In this document: positions 39,129-49,619 of the stretch, one piece after another
Numbering within the stretch: position 1 is the first letter of the stretch
How the letters are laid out: each line of letters begins with the position of its first letter
Assembly (NCBI GenBank): GCA_050239825.1
Contig: JBFXGO010000010.1
Coordinates: 1-51,787 of the forward strand
Direction: 5' to 3'
Origin: a bacterium
GTDB lineage: Bacteria; Hydrothermota; 32-111
Length of the DNA: 51,787 nt
Notes under the pieces: generated by a model
Databases searched by the model: none
What the model was told of the DNA's origin: nothing
What the model saw: only the letters and a program-made list of their open reading frames with translations
Position numbers and translations under genes: made by a program

Positions 39129-39470
39129 GTGCAAGTGAATGAAAAAGTGAATGCCATCGTAGAGGCGATACGGGAAAAAAAAGGAATAGACATTTCCGTA
39201 ATTGATCTTACCAATATCTCTTCTTTTGCGGACTACTTTGTTATCGCCACAGGCATATCTTCTGTGCAGACGAATGCAATCAGGGAGAACATCGAAAAAA
39301 AGATGCGGAGACTCAGCAAACTGAAGGGAATTGAAGGAGAGAGAAGCGGAGTGTGGATTCTGATGGACTATTCGGAAGTGATTGTTCACATATTCCAGCC
39401 GAAAGAGAGAATGAAATTCTCTCTTGAAGATCTCTGGGCTGACGGAAAGACCGTTAGGATGGGTGATTAG
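39129..39470 (+). CDS. rsfS: Ribosome silencing factor
   Basis: KKGIDI, ADYFVIATG, WILMDY..VIVHIF, LEDLW. Confidence 0.95.
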   Translation: MQVNEKVNAIVEAIREKKGIDISVIDLTNISSFADYFVIATGISSVQTNAIRENIEKKMRRLSKLKGIEGERSGVWILMDYSEVIVHIFQPKERMKFSLEDLWADGKTVRMGD

Positions 39471-41083
39471 TGCTTATAGAAAGAACATTGGAAATCCTGA
39501 GGGAGAAAGTATCCTCAATGACAGAGAAGCATTTGAACATGGAGTCATTTCTGTCATTTACGGAACACGGAGATTTTTCCACAAACATCTCTTTTCCTGC
39601 CGGCAAGGAAATGAAAAAAAATCCTATGGAGGTCGCTGAATCAATAGCTTCATCTGTCTCTTCGCATTTCATTGAAAAGAGCAAGTGCGTCAAACCCGGG
39701 TTTCTGAATATCACATTCACAGACAGCGCTCTCATAGAGGAGCTTAAGGAAATAACTTGTTCTGCAGAGTGGGGGACGAAAGAAAAAACAAGCAAAAGAG
39801 TAAACATAGAATTTGTCAGCGCAAATCCCACAGGACCCCTCGTGCTTGTCAATGCAAGGGCGGGTATCGCTGGAAATGCTCTCTACAGAATCATGAACTA
39901 TTCCGGTTATGAAGCAATAAGAGAGACATACATCAATGATTCCGGTTCGCAGGTGATGAATCTCGGAGCGTCAATACTTTATCATCTGGCGCAAAACCCG
40001 GGCGAGTTCCCTGAAAACGGATACAGGGGGCAATACATTAAGGATATAGCCGAAATAATAGGAAAATCACACCCTTCTCTTGATTGGAGCGAGGAAAATA
40101 TTATTCTCTGCGCGGAGAAGGGAAAGAAGATCATCCTCGATTGGCAGAAAGAATCCCTTAAGAAATTCAACATAGATTTTGATTCATGGATTCTCGAGAG
40201 TTATGTGAGAAAAAATTATCTTGAAGAGACAGAGGCTCTTTTAAGGTCAAAGAACTATGTCTATGAGAATGAGGGAGCCGTGTATTTGAAAACGACTTTA
40301 TTTGGAGATGACAAGGACAGAGTCATCTACAAATCCAACAAAGAGATGACATACTTTCTACCTGATATTGCATACCATTTTTACAAATCCGAAAGGGGAT
40401 TTGACAAAATAATAGATATTCTCGGTCCCGACCATCACGGATACACTTCAAGGATAAAGGCTTCCATGATGATGCTTGATAAGAAGGTTGATTTCGACAT
40501 CATAATAGCCCAGATAGTCACTCTTCTGAAGAACAATGAAAAGTTTGAGATGTCAAAGCGCTCCGGAGATTTCATAAGCATGGATGAACTGGCAGAGGAG
40601 ATTGACCCTGATGTGATAAAATTTTTGGTGCTCTCCAGAAAGCTCTCCCAGCCCTTCAATTTCGACATTGAGAAGGCAAAAGAGACGACAATGGATAATC
40701 CCGTGTATTATGTGCAATATGCATATGCGCGGCTCTCATCTCTTATGAAGAATGCGGGTATAAATGATGAATCTGAGCTTTCATTCTCATTTGACAGTTT
40801 CAGTGACGAACCTCTCAGAAGGATAGCCTCAAAACTGCTGGAATTTCCCTACACGGTCTATTCAATTGCGGAAAACTATGAGCTACAGAAGCTACCCAAC
40901 TATATAGTCTCTCTGAGTTCTCTGATACACTCATACTATCACGATAACAGAATAATAACGGATGACAAAGCATCCACGGATAAAAAAATATCTGTCCTGT
41001 GCGCGGCAAGACGAATACTTAAGATGTCATTCGATATGATGGGAATAACAGTCAAAGAAAGGATGGAGAAGAATGAAGTATAA
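39470..41083 (+). CDS. argS: Arginine--tRNA ligase
   Basis: EFVSANPTGP, YINDSG, GPDHHGY, MSKRSG, YVQYAYAR. Confidence 0.95.
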   Translation: MLIERTLEILREKVSSMTEKHLNMESFLSFTEHGDFSTNISFPAGKEMKKNPMEVAESIASSVSSHFIEKSKCVKPGFLNITFTDSALIEELKEITCSAEWGTKEKTSKRVNIEFVSANPTGPLVLVNARAGIAGNALYRIMNYSGYEAIRETYINDSGSQVMNLGASILYHLAQNPGEFPENGYRGQYIKDIAEIIGKSHPSLDWSEENIILCAEKGKKIILDWQKESLKKFNIDFDSWILESYVRKNYLEETEALLRSKNYVYENEGAVYLKTTLFGDDKDRVIYKSNKEMTYFLPDIAYHFYKSERGFDKIIDILGPDHHGYTSRIKASMMMLDKKVDFDIIIAQIVTLLKNNEKFEMSKRSGDFISMDELAEEIDPDVIKFLVLSRKLSQPFNFDIEKAKETTMDNPVYYVQYAYARLSSLMKNAGINDESELSFSFDSFSDEPLRRIASKLLEFPYTVYSIAENYELQKLPNYIVSLSSLIHSYYHDNRIITDDKASTDKKISVLCAARRILKMSFDMMGITVKERMEKNEV

Positions 41084-42107
41084 GGATTCGGGAGTAAATA
41101 TTGATGCCGCGAACAGCACGGTAAAATCAATAAAGAAGATTGTAAAATCAACATTCTCTGATGCAGTGCTCTGCAACATAGGGGCATTCGGTTCAATGTA
41201 TGACGGCAAATTCAAGGGATTCAAGGAACCGGTTCTTGTCTCATCCGCCGATGGTGTGGGTACAAAGATGGTTCTGGCTGAAGAGGCAGACTATTTCGAG
41301 AGATGCGGAGAGGACATTGTCAACCATTCGGTGAATGACATTCTCTCTGTCGGAGCAAAGGGATTATACTTTCTCGACTATATAGGGATGGGTTGTCTTG
41401 AAAAGAAGAGAGTCGAAAGGATAATATCTTCAATGGCAAAAGCGTGCAGGGAGAATTCCGTCTCCTTGATAGGCGGAGAGCTGGCTGAAATGTCTGTTGT
41501 CTACAATTACACGCACTATGATGTTGTGGGTTTCATCGTGGGAGTGGCGGAAAAGAAGAACATTCTCTTCCCTGAAAAAATCAAGAAAGACAATGTCATA
41601 ATCGGACTTCATTCAAGCGGCTTCCATACAAACGGGTACTCCCTGATTAGAAAGATACTGAAAGACAACAAAGTAAATATCAAAAAGAGTTTTCCGTTTT
41701 CAAAAAAGAAGATTTATGAACTCCTTCTTGAACCGCACAGGTCATACTTCAAACCTGTTTGGCCTTTGATACAAAACAAAGCTCTAAACGGAATAGCGCA
41801 TATTACAGGCGGCGGCTTCATTGACAACATTGAGAGGATACTCCCCGACAATGTTGACGCAGTGATTGACTCTTCCGCATGGAATGTTCCTCCCCTCTTC
41901 AATAAAATCTGTTCCCTCGGAGGCGTGAGTTTTGAGGATGCTTACCGCACATTCAACATGGGAATCGGAATGGTCCTCATTACAGACAAAAAACAGCTTC
42001 CCCATATTGAAAATTCCCTAAAAAAAGTTAAAATAGGTTATAACATAATCGGAAAAACCTCTGCAGGAATAGGTTCGGTGTATCTCTTAAAAAGGAGTTT
42101 AAAATGA
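41073..42107 (+). CDS. purM: Phosphoribosylformylglycinamidine cyclo-ligase
   Basis: YKDSGVNID, DGVGTK, SSGFHTNGYSL, HITGGG, TFNMGIGM. Confidence 0.97.
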   Translation: MKYKDSGVNIDAANSTVKSIKKIVKSTFSDAVLCNIGAFGSMYDGKFKGFKEPVLVSSADGVGTKMVLAEEADYFERCGEDIVNHSVNDILSVGAKGLYFLDYIGMGCLEKKRVERIISSMAKACRENSVSLIGGELAEMSVVYNYTHYDVVGFIVGVAEKKNILFPEKIKKDNVIIGLHSSGFHTNGYSLIRKILKDNKVNIKKSFPFSKKKIYELLLEPHRSYFKPVWPLIQNKALNGIAHITGGGFIDNIERILPDNVDAVIDSSAWNVPPLFNKICSLGGVSFEDAYRTFNMGIGMVLITDKKQLPHIENSLKKVKIGYNIIGKTSAGIGSVYLLKRSLK

Positions 42108-42526
42108 AAGATGATTTTTTCATTGAAAAAACCAAGAAAGAGATGGATACCCTCATGGATGAAATTGTGGGCTTCTCAAGGATTTCATTCTACAGGAAAA
42201 CACACTTTTCTCCTCCTGTTGACATCTACGAAGCCAATAACAGATTCGTTATAATAACAGATGTCGCAGGAATAGACAAAAAACTGATAAATATAACCGT
42301 GTCCGATGATATACTCATTATAAAGGGCGAAAGAAAGCGCACGAATGCCATTGATGAAAACCTCTGCTACTATCACATGGAGATAGAGTACGGTCCCTTT
42401 GAGAGGAGAATACGGATACCGAGAAATATTGACATGGACAATATGGATATTGAGTATGACAACGGGCTTCTCAAGATCGAGATTCCTCTCATCACAAAAC
42501 AAGTAAGAAAAATTGAAATAGAGTAA
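42104..42526 (+). CDS. Hsp20/alpha-crystallin small heat shock protein
   Basis: PPVDIYE, IKGER, EIEYGPFER, YDNGLL. Confidence 0.92.
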   Translation: MKDDFFIEKTKKEMDTLMDEIVGFSRISFYRKTHFSPPVDIYEANNRFVIITDVAGIDKKLINITVSDDILIIKGERKRTNAIDENLCYYHMEIEYGPFERRIRIPRNIDMDNMDIEYDNGLLKIEIPLITKQVRKIEIE

Positions 42527-42537
42527 AAGGAGAATAG

Positions 42538-44928
42538 ATGGAGACGAAACCGGAAGAAAAGAATAACACACCAAAAGAGAATGAACAGCAGTACGACCTT
42601 TCCGAAACATTGAGCGTGCTTGCAAAAAATGAGGTCATAGTCTATCCCCTGCTTATACTCCCAGTGGCTATAATGGAGCAGAATTCAATAAAGCTGATAG
42701 ATGATGCTCTGGCAGGATCAAAAATAATATTCATGGGATTCACAAAAAATCAGGATTTAAATACCGTAAAAAAAGAGAATATAGAGCAGTACGGGGTGGC
42801 GGCAAACATAATGAAGATGCTCCGTTTTCCGGACGGTTCGGTAAGAATACTGATTCAGGGCATAAAACGCGCCAAGATTGAAGAGTTCATAGAGACAGAC
42901 AAACCATACCCTGTGGCAAAAGTAAAATACATTGAGGAGACAGAGGCAAAGGGACTCAAAGAAGAAGCATTGACACGCAACCTTAAAGAATCATTCAGGC
43001 AATACATAAAACTTTCACAGCAGTTCCCCGACGAGATATTCCAGATACTCGACAACATAGAGGACGGATGGAAGCTTGCTGATTTTGTCGCATCAAACCT
43101 TCCGATTGATATTGACCTGAGGTATGATATTCTTTCGACAAAAAATGCAGTAAAGAGAATGGAGAGGGTGAGCGAGATAATGCAGAAGGAAATTTCAATA
43201 CTTGAACTCGGACAGAAGATAAAATCAAAGGTAACCAATGAAATAAATGAGGACCAGAAAAAATTCTTTCTGAGAGAACAGTTGAGGGCCATAAAGAAGG
43301 AGCTGGGAGAGGATGACCCAAAGGATAAAGAGGTCAAAGACCTGAAAGAGAAGGCTGATAAGAAAAAAATGCCGGATCACGCAAAAGAGGTTTTGAGCAG
43401 AGAGATAGAGAAGCTTGAAATGATGAACCCGATGATGCCTGATTATAATGTCTCTCGCACTTATATCGACTGGATACTGGACCTTCCATGGAATGAAAGG
43501 TCTGATGACAATCTTGACATCAAGAGGGCAGAAAAGATACTCAATGAGGACCACTATGACCTTGAAAAAGTAAAGAAGAGAATCCTTGAATACCTTGCTG
43601 TCAGAAAGCTCAAGCCTGATTCAAAGGGTCCGATACTGTGCTTCGTCGGTCCTCCGGGAGTCGGAAAAACCTCCCTCGGAAAATCGATAGCCCGCGCACT
43701 CGGCAGAAATTTTGTCAGAATATCCCTCGGTGGAATGCATGACGAAGCTGAGATACGGGGACACAGGCGCACCTATGTGGGAGCGCTTCCGGGCAGAATA
43801 CTGCAGGAGATTAAAAAGGCAAAAACCTCAAATCCCGTTTTTATGCTTGACGAAATCGACAAGATAGGGTCAGACTTCAGAGGAGACCCTGCAAGCGCGC
43901 TTCTTGAGGTTTTAGACCCTCAGCAGAATGACACTTTTCAGGACCATTACCTTGACATTCATTTTGACCTCTCACAGGTAATGTTCATAACAACAGCCAA
44001 CACTCTCTACACAATTCCTCCCGCTCTTCTTGACAGGATGGAGGTCATATCACTACCCGGATATACGATTGATGAAAAGATGTTTATTGCAAAAAAATAT
44101 CTTATACCGAGACAGATAGAAGAGAACGGCCTCACTGAAAAATACATACAATTCAAGGATGACGGCTTAAAAGAGATAATCGACGGCTACACGAGAGAAG
44201 CGGGGGTGAGAAACATCGAACGCACGATTGGAGATGTGTGCAGAAAAGCGGCAAGGGATGTTGCTCAGGGCAAAAAAGTCTTTTTATCTGTCACCAAACA
44301 AAAAGTTCCGGCTCTTCTTGGCAAAAGAAAATTTGTCTCGGACAAAGCAGAAAAGAAAGCCGATGTGGGAATTGCAACCGGAATGGCATGGACTCCAAAC
44401 GGAGGCGAGATACTCTTCGTCGAAGCTATAAAAATGGAGGGAAAGGGAAACCTTATACTTACCGGTCAGCTCGGAGAAGTCATGAAAGAGTCTGCGAGGG
44501 CCGCTCTCTCATACATAAAGTCCAATTATAAAAAATTCAAAATCAATATTTCCGATTTTGAAAAATATGACATTCACATACACCTTCCTGAAGGAGCCAT
44601 CCCAAAGGACGGTCCATCCGCAGGAATAACTCTTGCAACAGCAATCGTCTCAGTATTGAGCGGAATACCTGTGAGGAGCGACCTTTCAATGACCGGCGAA
44701 ATAACCCTCCGAGGAAAGGTTCTTCCAATAGGAGGAGTTAAGGAGAAGGTCATAGGCGCAAGGATAGCAGGAATAATGAACATAATACTCCCCGAATTCA
44801 ATGCAAGAGACCTTGATGACATCGCTCCTGCGACAAAAAAAGGAATGAAATTTCATTTCGTGAAAAAATTTGATGAAGTTCTGGATATTGCGCTGGTAAG
44901 AAGCAAAAAACAAAAGGAGAAAAGATGA
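42538..44928 (+). CDS. lon: ATP-dependent Lon protease
   Basis: GPPGVGKTS, RRTYVGALPG, PKDGPSAG catalytic Ser, GGVKEK. Confidence 0.98.
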   Translation: METKPEEKNNTPKENEQQYDLSETLSVLAKNEVIVYPLLILPVAIMEQNSIKLIDDALAGSKIIFMGFTKNQDLNTVKKENIEQYGVAANIMKMLRFPDGSVRILIQGIKRAKIEEFIETDKPYPVAKVKYIEETEAKGLKEEALTRNLKESFRQYIKLSQQFPDEIFQILDNIEDGWKLADFVASNLPIDIDLRYDILSTKNAVKRMERVSEIMQKEISILELGQKIKSKVTNEINEDQKKFFLREQLRAIKKELGEDDPKDKEVKDLKEKADKKKMPDHAKEVLSREIEKLEMMNPMMPDYNVSRTYIDWILDLPWNERSDDNLDIKRAEKILNEDHYDLEKVKKRILEYLAVRKLKPDSKGPILCFVGPPGVGKTSLGKSIARALGRNFVRISLGGMHDEAEIRGHRRTYVGALPGRILQEIKKAKTSNPVFMLDEIDKIGSDFRGDPASALLEVLDPQQNDTFQDHYLDIHFDLSQVMFITTANTLYTIPPALLDRMEVISLPGYTIDEKMFIAKKYLIPRQIEENGLTEKYIQFKDDGLKEIIDGYTREAGVRNIERTIGDVCRKAARDVAQGKKVFLSVTKQKVPALLGKRKFVSDKAEKKADVGIATGMAWTPNGGEILFVEAIKMEGKGNLILTGQLGEVMKESARAALSYIKSNYKKFKINISDFEKYDIHIHLPEGAIPKDGPSAGITLATAIVSVLSGIPVRSDLSMTGEITLRGKVLPIGGVKEKVIGARIAGIMNIILPEFNARDLDDIAPATKKGMKFHFVKKFDEVLDIALVRSKKQKEKR

Positions 44929-45605
44929 GAAATTTTCTGCCGATACTCATGATTCTCTTTGCATTGTTTATCACAGCTGATGAACCGATGAAGACAGCCG
45001 ATGAGATAATAGCTCTCTTTGACGCCAATCTTGATACAATAAACGACTATACCTGCGTGCTCCATGATTATGTAAAGAAAGGAAAAAAAGTCTCGGACAA
45101 TTACTGGGATTACAGATTTCTGAAGCCCAAATACATAAGGATGGAGTCATTCAAGGGAGAGAGAGTCGGTTCAAAGGCATACTTTGACTGCGTAACCAAG
45201 AAAATCACTGGAAGACAAGGGGGCATTCTCTCAGCAGTCAAGCTGACACTTGACCTCTCAAATGCTCTGGTGAAGAACATAAGAGGCACAACCATAGCCG
45301 AGTCCGACTGGCCTTATGTTTCCCAGCGCACAAAGAATATCTTAAAGGAGAGCGGAGTAGAGTTTACGGTTTCAAAAACGAAGTTTCAGAGCACAGATGT
45401 GACGATGCTGCACATAAAAAACATTCCTTTTGAAAAGTACAATTTTGACGAAGAGAAGCTCTTCTTCACCGACAATGTCATGCTTATCGGTCTTTACAAT
45501 TATGAAAATAAAGAGATAATTCAAAATGTGCATTACTATGATATCAAGCTTAATACAGGGCTTGTGATAGATTCACTCTATACAAATAGGAGGAGAATAT
45601 GCTAA
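44925..45605 (+). CDS. Exported LolA-like/DUF1571-like protein
   Basis: Signal peptide; INDY.., FLKPKYIRME, Y.DIKLN.GL pattern. Confidence 0.6.
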   Translation: MRNFLPILMILFALFITADEPMKTADEIIALFDANLDTINDYTCVLHDYVKKGKKVSDNYWDYRFLKPKYIRMESFKGERVGSKAYFDCVTKKITGRQGGILSAVKLTLDLSNALVKNIRGTTIAESDWPYVSQRTKNILKESGVEFTVSKTKFQSTDVTMLHIKNIPFEKYNFDEEKLFFTDNVMLIGLYNYENKEIIQNVHYYDIKLNTGLVIDSLYTNRRRIC

Positions 45606-46465
45606 AAGGATGCTGTACAGCTTTAATAACTCCTTTCAACCCGGACTATTCTATCAATCTTGATACTCTAAAGAAACAGATTAAAAGGCAGGTTGAGAGT
45701 AAGGTTTCGGGAATACTCGCCTGCGGCACCACTGGAGAGGCGCCCTCTCTCAATGATAAGGAGTGGGCTGATGTTGTGAAGACTGCCGTCTCATTCAAAT
45801 CAGAGAGTCTGTATGTTATTGCCGGATCTGGAACAAACAATACGGAGAAGACAATAGAAAAGACAAGGGAGGCGAAGAAGCTCGGAGCAGATTTTGCCCT
45901 TGTGATAACTCCCTACTATAACAAACCAAACCAATCAGGGCTCTTGCTTCATTTTAAGAAGGTAGCGAAAGAGTGCGGAATCGACATCATCATTTACAAT
46001 GTGCCTTCAAGAACAGGAGTCAACATGCTACCCGAAACAGCGGCTGAACTATCGCATGAAAAGCATATAATAGGAATAAAGGAGGCATCGGGAAGTTTGA
46101 CTCAGGCGACCGAGATTCTAATGAAGTCAAAGAAAGGTTTTGTTCTTATGTCAGGAGAGGATGCGCTTACTCTTCCACTCATGTCAGTGGGAGCAAGCGG
46201 AGTGATATCGACAATTTCAAATGCAGTGCCGAAAGAAATGCAGTCATTGTTCGAACTTTACTTTGCCGATGAGGATGAAGAGGCGAGAAAAATGCATGAA
46301 CACCTTTACCCTGTTGCGAAATCCCTCTTTCTTGAAACAAATCCAGTGCCTGTCAAATACGCAATGAAGCACCTTCGCCTTGACACGGGAATTCTCCGCC
46401 TACCGCTTGGAGAGCTGTCGGAGAAGAACAAGACAGAAGTTGAGAAATCGTTAAGCAATTTTTAA
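45599..46465 (+). CDS. dapA: 4-hydroxy-tetrahydrodipicolinate synthase
   Basis: GTTGE, PYYNKP, YNVPSRTG, GIKEASG, ETNPVPVK. Confidence 0.96.
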   Translation: MLKGCCTALITPFNPDYSINLDTLKKQIKRQVESKVSGILACGTTGEAPSLNDKEWADVVKTAVSFKSESLYVIAGSGTNNTEKTIEKTREAKKLGADFALVITPYYNKPNQSGLLLHFKKVAKECGIDIIIYNVPSRTGVNMLPETAAELSHEKHIIGIKEASGSLTQATEILMKSKKGFVLMSGEDALTLPLMSVGASGVISTISNAVPKEMQSLFELYFADEDEEARKMHEHLYPVAKSLFLETNPVPVKYAMKHLRLDTGILRLPLGELSEKNKTEVEKSLSNF

Positions 46466-46478
46466 ACGGAGGCAAAAC

Positions 46479-47735
46479 ATGGGAAAAACTCTCATACAGA
46501 AAATAATCGAAAAAAACTCGGGCAGAGCAAATGTAAAGGTGGGAGAGATTGTCTTTGTGAAGCCGTCAGTAATACTTTCGCATGACAACAGCGCCGACAT
46601 TTCAAAGACATTTGAGAAGATGGGTCCCAAAAAGGTCTTTGATTCTTCAAAGATATTCATCGCTCTCGACCACGAAGTTCCGCCCCCGGATTCAAAGAAG
46701 GCGCTTAATCATTCCATAATCCGCGAGTTTGTGAAGAAATACGGAATAATCAATTTCTTTGACTGTGGCGAAGGAATATGCCATCAGGTGCTCCCGGAAA
46801 AAGGATTGGTTGAGCCTTCAACAGTTGTCTTCGGTTCTGATTCGCATACAACAACTCATGGTGCATTCGGAGCCGCAGGAATCCCCGTGGGGCGCACTGA
46901 AACCGCATCTCTATGGGCTTTGGGAGAGACATGGCTCAAGGTTCCCGAATCATTTAAAATTATCATAAACGGAGAGGCTCCCTCCAATGTATTTCCAAAG
47001 GATGTAATACTTAACATAATCGGTCAAATAGGAGCTGACGGAGCAACTTATATCTCAGTGGAATTTACCGGAGATTATGTAAAAAGAATGTCAATTGGCG
47101 GAAGAATGACATTCTGCAATCTTTCCGCAGAGATGGGGGCCAAGGATGCAATAATCCCCGTAGACGGCATAACAAGAGCATTTCTCAAAGACCGCCTGAA
47201 AAAGGATTTCGAACCGCTCTATGCGGATGATGATGCCGAATATGCAAGAGTAATTAAATTTGATGTTTCAAAGATGAAACCTCAGATTGCAAAACCGCAT
47301 AAGGTGGACAATGTCTCCGATGTCAGTGAAGTCAAAGGAAAGAAGATTGACTTGTTCTTTTTAGGCACCTGCACAAACGGACGAACCGAAGACCTTGAAA
47401 TTGCGGCGAAAATTCTAAAAGGCAAAAAAGTGAAATCCGGAAGCAGGCTTCTCATATATCCTGCATCAAAAGAGGTTCTTCTTGAATGTCTGGATAAAGG
47501 AATAATTAAAACTCTGGTCGAGGCCGGAGGAGAGATAAATACACCTGCATGCGGACCGTGTCTCGGAGCATACGGAGGAGTGATTGCACCCAATGAAAAA
47601 GCTCTCTCCACTGCCAATCGAAACTTCAAGGGAAGGATGGGATGCAGTGAAAATACGGAAGTCTATCTTGCGAGCCCTGCGACAGTGGCTGTTTCGGCTC
47701 TCTACGGAGAGATAACAGAGTATCAAGGAGAATAA
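46479..47735 (+). CDS. 3-isopropylmalate dehydratase/homoaconitase large subunit (LeuC type 2)
   Basis: GICHQV, DSHTTT.GA, GTCTNGR, CGPCLG, NRNFKGRMG. Confidence 0.9.
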   Translation: MGKTLIQKIIEKNSGRANVKVGEIVFVKPSVILSHDNSADISKTFEKMGPKKVFDSSKIFIALDHEVPPPDSKKALNHSIIREFVKKYGIINFFDCGEGICHQVLPEKGLVEPSTVVFGSDSHTTTHGAFGAAGIPVGRTETASLWALGETWLKVPESFKIIINGEAPSNVFPKDVILNIIGQIGADGATYISVEFTGDYVKRMSIGGRMTFCNLSAEMGAKDAIIPVDGITRAFLKDRLKKDFEPLYADDDAEYARVIKFDVSKMKPQIAKPHKVDNVSDVSEVKGKKIDLFFLGTCTNGRTEDLEIAAKILKGKKVKSGSRLLIYPASKEVLLECLDKGIIKTLVEAGGEINTPACGPCLGAYGGVIAPNEKALSTANRNFKGRMGCSENTEVYLASPATVAVSALYGEITEYQGE

Positions 47736-48251
47736 ATGGAAAAGATAAAAGGAAAGATCCATATAGTAAAAGATAATGATGTGAACACAGACCTCATATA
47801 TGCAGGCAAATACACATATGAAATTCTGACTCCGGAAGAGATGGGAAAGAAGACTCTTGAGGATTTTGAAAAGGATTATTATAAAAAGATAGGAGAGAAT
47901 GATTTTATAGTCTCCGGAACAAATTTCGGATGCGGTTCTTCGAGGGAACAGGCGGTAACCTGTTTCAAGGGATTGAAATGCGGAGGGATAATTGCAAAGT
48001 CTTTTTCACGGCTCTACTTCAGAAATGCAGTAAACAAAGCTCTTCTTGTTATCGAACAGAAGGAATTCGTAAACTACATTTTCTCCAGAGAGGACTGCGA
48101 AAATTTATCCATTGAGGTTGACCCTGAAGAGGGAATAATCTCATGCGAAGGAAAAATTTTCAGGTTCTCTCCCCTGACAGGTCAGGCAAAAGAGATATTT
48201 GACGCAGGCGGTCTCGCAGAATACACCAAAAGGAAACTGGCGGCTATGTGA
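47736..48251 (+). CDS. 3-isopropylmalate dehydratase/homoaconitase small subunit (LeuD type 2)
   Basis: DVNTDLI, NFGCGSSREQA, SFSRLYFRNA, AGGL. Confidence 0.9.
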   Translation: MEKIKGKIHIVKDNDVNTDLIYAGKYTYEILTPEEMGKKTLEDFEKDYYKKIGENDFIVSGTNFGCGSSREQAVTCFKGLKCGGIIAKSFSRLYFRNAVNKALLVIEQKEFVNYIFSREDCENLSIEVDPEEGIISCEGKIFRFSPLTGQAKEIFDAGGLAEYTKRKLAAM

Positions 48252-49087
48252 AGACAAGAGACTTTGTCCACGGAGGCAGATTCTATCCTGCAGATAAGGA
48301 ATCCATACTTCAGATGTTTGATTCCTACAAAGAGAGATTTGAAAGCAAAAAGATTAAAAATCTTATCCCAGCAGGCATTGTGCCGCATGCGGGTTATGTT
48401 TATTCCGGGTTTACGGCAATGCATTTTTATCTTGAAGCCGCCTCTCTTGATTTTGAAAGAGTCGTCATCATCGGTCCCTCACATCGTCATCTGTTTTCAG
48501 GATTCGCTCTCTCTGACACAGTTTCTTGGAACTCACCTCTTGGGGATGTTCCGGTCGATATAAAATTCAACAGGCTCCTTGAATCAAAATTCGCCCAATT
48601 CAACAACGAGATACACTCCGAGGAGCATTCCGTGGAAGTTCAGGTGCCATTTGTAAAATATGCGTTTAAAAGCAACATGAAGATAGTTCCGGTTATAATG
48701 GGCAGACAGAGCATTGGATCGGTCAGAGAATTTATCTCGGTTATCACTCCAGAAATGAGGGAAAAGACGCTCTTCGTTGCATCATCAGACCTTCATCACG
48801 GGTATGATTATGAAGAGGCGAAGATATCAGACCAGAAAACAATACGGGAAATCCTGAAGAATGATGAACACGGATTCATGAATTATTTTCAGACAGTTGA
48901 AACCGAAGGCGGCTGTGCAGCCTGCGGCGGAGGACCTATAGGAATAATTATATCATCAGTTAAAGCTCAAAATGGCCGTCTAACTCTTTTAACGCACACT
49001 ACAAGCGCTGACATCACTCAGGATTATGACGGATACACGGTCGGATATTCGGCATTTATAGGGGTAAAGGATGAAGAAAAAAAATAA
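48248..49087 (+). CDS. amrB: AmmeMemoRadiSam system protein B (MEMO1 family)
   Basis: GRFYP, PHAGYVYSG, GPSH, EHSVEVQVPF, ASSDLHH, ACGGGP. Confidence 0.92.
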   Translation: MKTRDFVHGGRFYPADKESILQMFDSYKERFESKKIKNLIPAGIVPHAGYVYSGFTAMHFYLEAASLDFERVVIIGPSHRHLFSGFALSDTVSWNSPLGDVPVDIKFNRLLESKFAQFNNEIHSEEHSVEVQVPFVKYAFKSNMKIVPVIMGRQSIGSVREFISVITPEMREKTLFVASSDLHHGYDYEEAKISDQKTIREILKNDEHGFMNYFQTVETEGGCAACGGGPIGIIISSVKAQNGRLTLLTHTTSADITQDYDGYTVGYSAFIGVKDEEKK

Positions 49088-49619
49088 AGAGCTCCTTCTT
49101 AAACTTGCAAGACAATCAATATCCGAATGCTTAAACAATAAAAAAACAGTTTTTTCTTCAGACGAAGCAGAGCTATCTATAAAAAGCGGATGTTTCGTGA
49201 CCCTCCACATGAATGGCGACCTCCGCGGCTGTATCGGCTATATAGAAGGAGTCGAACCTGTCGCCGATGCAGTGATAAGAATGTCTCGTGAAGCCGCTTT
49301 CAATGACCCGAGATTTTATCCTTTGACAAAGAATGAACTTGACAGTATAGAAATTGAAATCTCCGTCCTCACCCCTCTTGAAAGAGTAAAGAATCTTGAA
49401 GAAATAAAGGTTCCCGGAGACGGCCTTCTCATAAGAAAAGGCTACAACTCAGGGCTCCTGCTTCCTCAGGTTGCATCAGACTGGGGCTACAACAGAGAGC
49501 AGTTTCTAACTCAGACATGCATTAAAGCAGGACTTGATAAGAAGTGTTATCTTGCAGAAGAAACAAAAATATTTAAATTTCAGGCTGAAATATTTTCTGA
49601 AAAGGAGCTTTTTTCTTGA
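49071..49619 (+). CDS. amrA: AmmeMemoRadiSam system protein A (AMMECR1 family)
   Basis: FVTL..LRGCIG, DPRF, EISVL, GLLLPQV. Confidence 0.93.
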   Translation: MKKKNKELLLKLARQSISECLNNKKTVFSSDEAELSIKSGCFVTLHMNGDLRGCIGYIEGVEPVADAVIRMSREAAFNDPRFYPLTKNELDSIEIEISVLTPLERVKNLEEIKVPGDGLLIRKGYNSGLLLPQVASDWGYNREQFLTQTCIKAGLDKKCYLAEETKIFKFQAEIFSEKELFS

